Positions 60,347 to 64,000 of a stretch of 64,000 nucleotides of DNA are shown here, in pieces. The stretch is from an uncultured Verrucomicrobiae bacterium (lineage in GTDB: Bacteria > Verrucomicrobiota > Verrucomicrobiia > Limisphaerales > JAFGQR01). The notes under the pieces are model-generated. The model was not told the DNA's origin and did no database searches. It saw only the letters and a program-made list of their open reading frames with translations. A program made the position numbers and the translations under genes. The number at the start of each line of letters is the position of its first letter. The stretch's first letter is position 1. Location of the stretch: the NCBI GenBank assembly GCA_963788655.1, contig CAWBHS010000090.1, positions 64,001-128,000 of the forward strand, in the 5' to 3' direction.

Positions 60347-60859
60347 ATGCTGAGCCGGTGGTTCAAAATACACCCTCCTTCCCCAAAACCCAGCTTGGTG
60401 GGAATTTTCATCGCTCCCGCCGCCGGCCGACCGATGACCTGCGTCGATTGCGCAGACGCTGAAGCAGGCGCGGGACTCGCCGGCGACCGTTATGGCGCAA
60501 ACGCCGGCTTCTGGAAAGCCACCGACGCCTGCCAGGTCACCTTGATCACCGAGCATGAACTTCAACGGGCGCGGACACGCGACCCGGCCCTCAGGACCAA
60601 GCTCGCCACCGGCCACCACCGCCGCAACCTGGTGATTCGCGGATTGACACCGCAGCAGATCGAAGGCCGGTGTTTCAGGATCGGAACCGCGACGTTTCAA
60701 CATCTCAAGCCACGACCACCTTGCGGCTACCTCGACCAGATCGAAGGCGCCGGCATGTGCAGAGCGCTGGGGCGCAACAGCGGCATGTGTCTCCGGGTCG
60801 TCGAGAGCGGCGTCTTCGCGGTTGGTGACACGGTCGAATTGCTCCAAACGTCACGATAG
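60347..60859 (+). CDS. MOSC domain protein
   Basis: GLAGDRY, QVTLI, RRNLV, PC..L and G...VGD motifs. Confidence 0.88.
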   Translation: MLSRWFKIHPPSPKPSLVGIFIAPAAGRPMTCVDCADAEAGAGLAGDRYGANAGFWKATDACQVTLITEHELQRARTRDPALRTKLATGHHRRNLVIRGLTPQQIEGRCFRIGTATFQHLKPRPPCGYLDQIEGAGMCRALGRNSGMCLRVVESGVFAVGDTVELLQTSR

Positions 60860-60936
60860 CGAAACCAGCCGTACCCGCGCCGGGCGTGGCTCGCGGTCCC
60901 GGCGCAGCAAGCACGGGGCACCGCTAGAACCGCAGC

Positions 60937-61569
60937 TCACGCAGGGCCGTGCGGGGTCATGTTCATCTCGAACATGTGACCGTGCCCTTGCGTCCACTCG
61001 CGTGCCATCGCCCCCTGCAGTTGCGCACGGCTGTTGCCGTACTCCGCCCGCCGGTATTCGAAGCCATGGGGTAACGAAACCTGCACCCGATGCGGCTCGC
61101 CGGTCACGGGATTGCGAATCGGCTCATCCGCCACGTCGACCAGCCCCGGCACGCGGAAACTCCCCGTGCAGGCATCGATATCCGCCTCGAACTGGATCGG
61201 CGCGATCCGCGGCTCATGCATGGTTTCGAAGGTCGCGGCGAACACATTGAATACCGTTGCGCCGGGCTCGGTTTCCTGGCCAGAGAGGATGTTCAGCAAG
61301 GCGGCACGCTGCTCCTCTGTGGTGTTTTCATCGAGTATCGGTAACACCTGCCCGTGCCCTTCATGGATAGCGCCAGGCCACAAGGCGATCGCGGCGAACT
61401 TGGCGTTGTCCAAATCCACGCTGCCGAAATGTCCCGACTTGATGTGCATCGCGAACGCGGCGTGACAGTCGCCGTGGGAAGGTCGGCTGTTGAACTGGCA
61501 AGGACAACCCCAGTCGCAATTACACGCTGCTACGAATGGTCCGCGAATATTCCAATCTTTATAGGCCAT
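60937..61569 (-). CDS. DUF1326 family protein
   Basis: GGAGG RBS; W.I.G....ACNCDWGCPC....PSHGDC. Confidence 0.9.
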   Translation of the reverse strand: MAYKDWNIRGPFVAACNCDWGCPCQFNSRPSHGDCHAAFAMHIKSGHFGSVDLDNAKFAAIALWPGAIHEGHGQVLPILDENTTEEQRAALLNILSGQETEPGATVFNVFAATFETMHEPRIAPIQFEADIDACTGSFRVPGLVDVADEPIRNPVTGEPHRVQVSLPHGFEYRRAEYGNSRAQLQGAMAREWTQGHGHMFEMNMTPHGPA

Positions 61570-61640
61570 TGCTCTACCTCCGTAGTGCAGATTTCGGTCG
61601 TTACAGGCGGCGTACGCCGTCCACGGGTTACGGCGTGGCG

Positions 61641-62411
61641 TCAGATCAAACCGCCGATGATCGTCGAACCCCAGACTAACAGCGCGACGCCCGCGATCCG
61701 ACCCAGCCACTGCCCGGCGGGCAGTACTTTTTCCAATAGCACAAGCGCTGCCAAAACCGCTGCCCAGAGCAGGTCCATCACGCCGCTGACGAACAGCAGC
61801 AACATCAATACCCAGCAGCAACCGACGCAATACGCGCCGTGTACCAGGCCGAGACGCAAAATGCCGCGCAGCCCGGGCCGCCAATTTGCCAACAGAAACA
61901 TCAACGGCGAGCGGCAATGCGCCAGACAGCGGGACTTCAGCGGCGTCCATTGGTATATTCCAGCCGCCATCAAGACCACGGCCGCGCTCACCGGCTGCGT
62001 CAAGCCGTCCTCGGAGAGCAAACGTGCGCTCTGCAGGCTGCCCTGCAACAGCGTCGCTACGGCGGAGAACGCGGTCCAGATGATGAGATAGCCGAGGATG
62101 AAGAACGCAGTTCTGATGTTGGAATTACCGGGTGCCCGCGACACCAGCAACACAACGGGCGCCGCGCTGGGCAGCATCATGCCGGCCATCATCACCGTCC
62201 ACATGAGAAAAGCCAGCCAAGCGGTGGTAAGGCTCCAGGGTTCGGGCACAGACGACATACCCGACATCCCGTCCGCACCCGACATGCCGCGGGATATGTC
62301 GAGCAGATACACCCAGGCCAGTATCGTCAACGCGAGCAACGCGCCGAGCACCAGCCATGTCTGCCAGCGCGCACCGGGAGCCAACCGGACCATGGTTGCA
62401 GGTCGGGACAT
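61641..62411 (-). CDS. DUF2182 predicted metal-binding membrane protein
   Basis: MWTVMMAGMMLPS, YQWTPLK..CL..CR.P and G.YCVGCCW.LM motifs. Confidence 0.92.
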   Translation of the reverse strand: MSRPATMVRLAPGARWQTWLVLGALLALTILAWVYLLDISRGMSGADGMSGMSSVPEPWSLTTAWLAFLMWTVMMAGMMLPSAAPVVLLVSRAPGNSNIRTAFFILGYLIIWTAFSAVATLLQGSLQSARLLSEDGLTQPVSAAVVLMAAGIYQWTPLKSRCLAHCRSPLMFLLANWRPGLRGILRLGLVHGAYCVGCCWVLMLLLFVSGVMDLLWAAVLAALVLLEKVLPAGQWLGRIAGVALLVWGSTIIGGLI

Positions 62412-62615
62412 GCCGCCGTTCCTTCGCTCAATGGTGAACGCAACGTCGAGAGCCGACGGGCCACCGCGGAAAAAATTCCGGAGGGCCTGAGTATAGCAGT
62501 GGTCCGGCGGTTGTGAGGGCGGCGCGGCGTAACGCCATACCACGGGCGACAGGAATTGGTTTGCGAGGTACTGTATGGTCGTTGAGAACTTTTGCCGCCG
62601 CGGTTTGCCGCGGTG

Positions 62616-62647
62616 CAAACAAACGGGGCGGTACGCACCGCCCCGTT
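62616..62647 (-). terminator. Hairpin / probable terminator after the rhodanese gene
   Basis: AACGGGGCGGT-ACGC-ACCGCCCCGTT stem followed by TGTTTG on the minus strand. Confidence 0.6.
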
Positions 62648-62670
62648 CTTATTGCGCGTAGTCTTAACGG

Positions 62671-63375
62671 CTACTCGTAGTAGTAATAGGCATAAGGCTG
62701 ATAGATCAACTGCGGCAGCAGCTTGGTGGAATACGGCAGACCCTGATAATAACGCCAGCCGTCATTGTCCTGGTCCGTGATCTGACCGTCGTGATTCAGG
62801 TCCAGCGGCCCGTTCAAATTAACGTCCACTTTGGTTCGTCCTACGAAACCCTGCCAGATATTACGCACGTGGCTGTAACCGGCCGCCGTCAACAGGTTTG
62901 CCGCCAGCACGCTGCGATGTCCGGTTCTGCACAAGGTAAAGATCGGCGTATCCTTGTTCGGAAATGCTTGCTCGACCGCGGCGACGAAATCGCCGTCAGC
63001 CTGCGGTACTCTGTCACCTCCGCCGATACAAGCGCCATCCGGAGAACGTTCCGAACACGGTTGATAGATGAAGGGATACGGGATGTTGGTCGCACCTTCT
63101 GGATGACCGGCGACGTATTCGGGAATGCTGCGCACATCGATAATGACCGGCTGCGGTTTACCGTGCATCGCGCCCTGGTTGTGGCCGTGATCCCAGCCGT
63201 TATCGTCCACCGCTTTCAGGTAAGCTTCAGCGGCGCTGATTTCGGAATGATAGTTATGGGGCAAGCAATACCGGTTGGTAGGCTCGGCGCAATCGTCCGC
63301 CAACGCCGGGACCGCGGCAACTGCCAGAAACGTTCCGACCATGATGATGCTGGTAGCGTTTTTTGTTTTTCTCAC
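62671..63375 (-). CDS. Secreted rhodanese-domain protein with an EF-hand-like loop
   Basis: AAGGAG RBS before GTG; signal peptide; IIDVRSIPEY..GHP and LCRTGHRS motifs; DLNHDGQITDQD. Confidence 0.88.
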   Translation of the reverse strand: MRKTKNATSIIMVGTFLAVAAVPALADDCAEPTNRYCLPHNYHSEISAAEAYLKAVDDNGWDHGHNQGAMHGKPQPVIIDVRSIPEYVAGHPEGATNIPYPFIYQPCSERSPDGACIGGGDRVPQADGDFVAAVEQAFPNKDTPIFTLCRTGHRSVLAANLLTAAGYSHVRNIWQGFVGRTKVDVNLNGPLDLNHDGQITDQDNDGWRYYQGLPYSTKLLPQLIYQPYAYYYYE

Positions 63376-64000
63376 AAGTCGACTCCTTCAGGGAAATTTC
63401 GTTTTGTTGTTAGGAATGCGATCCGCAGATCACTACAAGAAATTAATGGAAGCTGACTGCCGCCGCAATGGGCATCTGCACAGCCGGTGCTGTGGCAACA
63501 CTCGCCCAGCATCTTGCCGCGACCCCGCACCGTCTCGAATACAGCGGTCCGTTGCGAGCAAGCGACACGCACCATCGCCACTATGATCGAAAAAATATTT
63601 CACGTGGCGCAAACGTTCACCCGACCGCGACTTCGCGGCGTTTAAAGCTTGAGCCTACCACTCGGATATTTGCACCTGATTGAGACAGAGACGTGACGAC
63701 ACCGCGTGCTGCGCAAAGCTCAGCAGTGCGCATGCCGTGACCATCCGACCGGAAGGCCACTGGTGTGGTTGCGCGTGCAACTCAGTATTGCGTCGAAGCC
63801 ACGCAGAGACGCGCTGAACCGCGTGCCGTGACACAGGACGCGATTCGGCGCGTGGCGACGCGAATCAATCGCGATTTTTTGCGTGCAGCCGCCGGAGCTG
63901 GCGCGACGACGGCTGGCTCGCGATCACGTGGGCGGAGGATCGGAGCGGGACGGCTTGCAGGTATTGATGCCGACAATCGCGTTCGCGGGACAGAAGCCGA

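Noticed and set aside
63967..64000. Start of a ParA-like gene (MPTIAFAGQK)
   Set aside because: The next residue is P, not the GG of the KGGxGK motif, and the window ends there.
1..64000. tRNA, rRNA, prophage, integrase or transposase genes
   Set aside because: None was recognisable by eye; tRNAscan or Infernal would be needed to exclude small RNAs formally.

Overview
A GC-rich, gene-dense chromosomal window, most likely from a sulfur-oxidising Gammaproteobacterium. That placement is inferred from the DsrC/TusE-family, SoxH-like MBL, TauE, rhodanese, SulP and MinCDE genes. About 75 CDS cover glycogen and sugar metabolism (glgC, glgP, a GH100 invertase-like enzyme, an LpqY-SugABC-like ABC transporter), redox/stress functions (azoR-pirin-LysR, PfpI, GST, glutaredoxin), envelope and signalling genes, minCDE, pdxH, arfB and an atypical infA. 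No rRNA, tRNA, CRISPR array, integrase or transposase was seen. The most unusual locus (29565-33610, minus strand) is an ECF sigma / zinc anti-sigma / secreted GRPDT[AT]-repeat protein / TPR-beta-barrel / secreted coiled-coil module. It carries a candidate ECF promoter inside the sigma gene and an internal terminator. Other notable items are a 264-bp MITE inserted in the GH100 stop codon, a deletion scar fusing two gene remnants, a pirin gene with three indels, a DsrC-family protein lacking the terminal cysteine, a Fur-box promoter upstream of a porin, and a CRP-like site upstream of minCDE. All family calls come from recognising motifs by eye; no database search was run.
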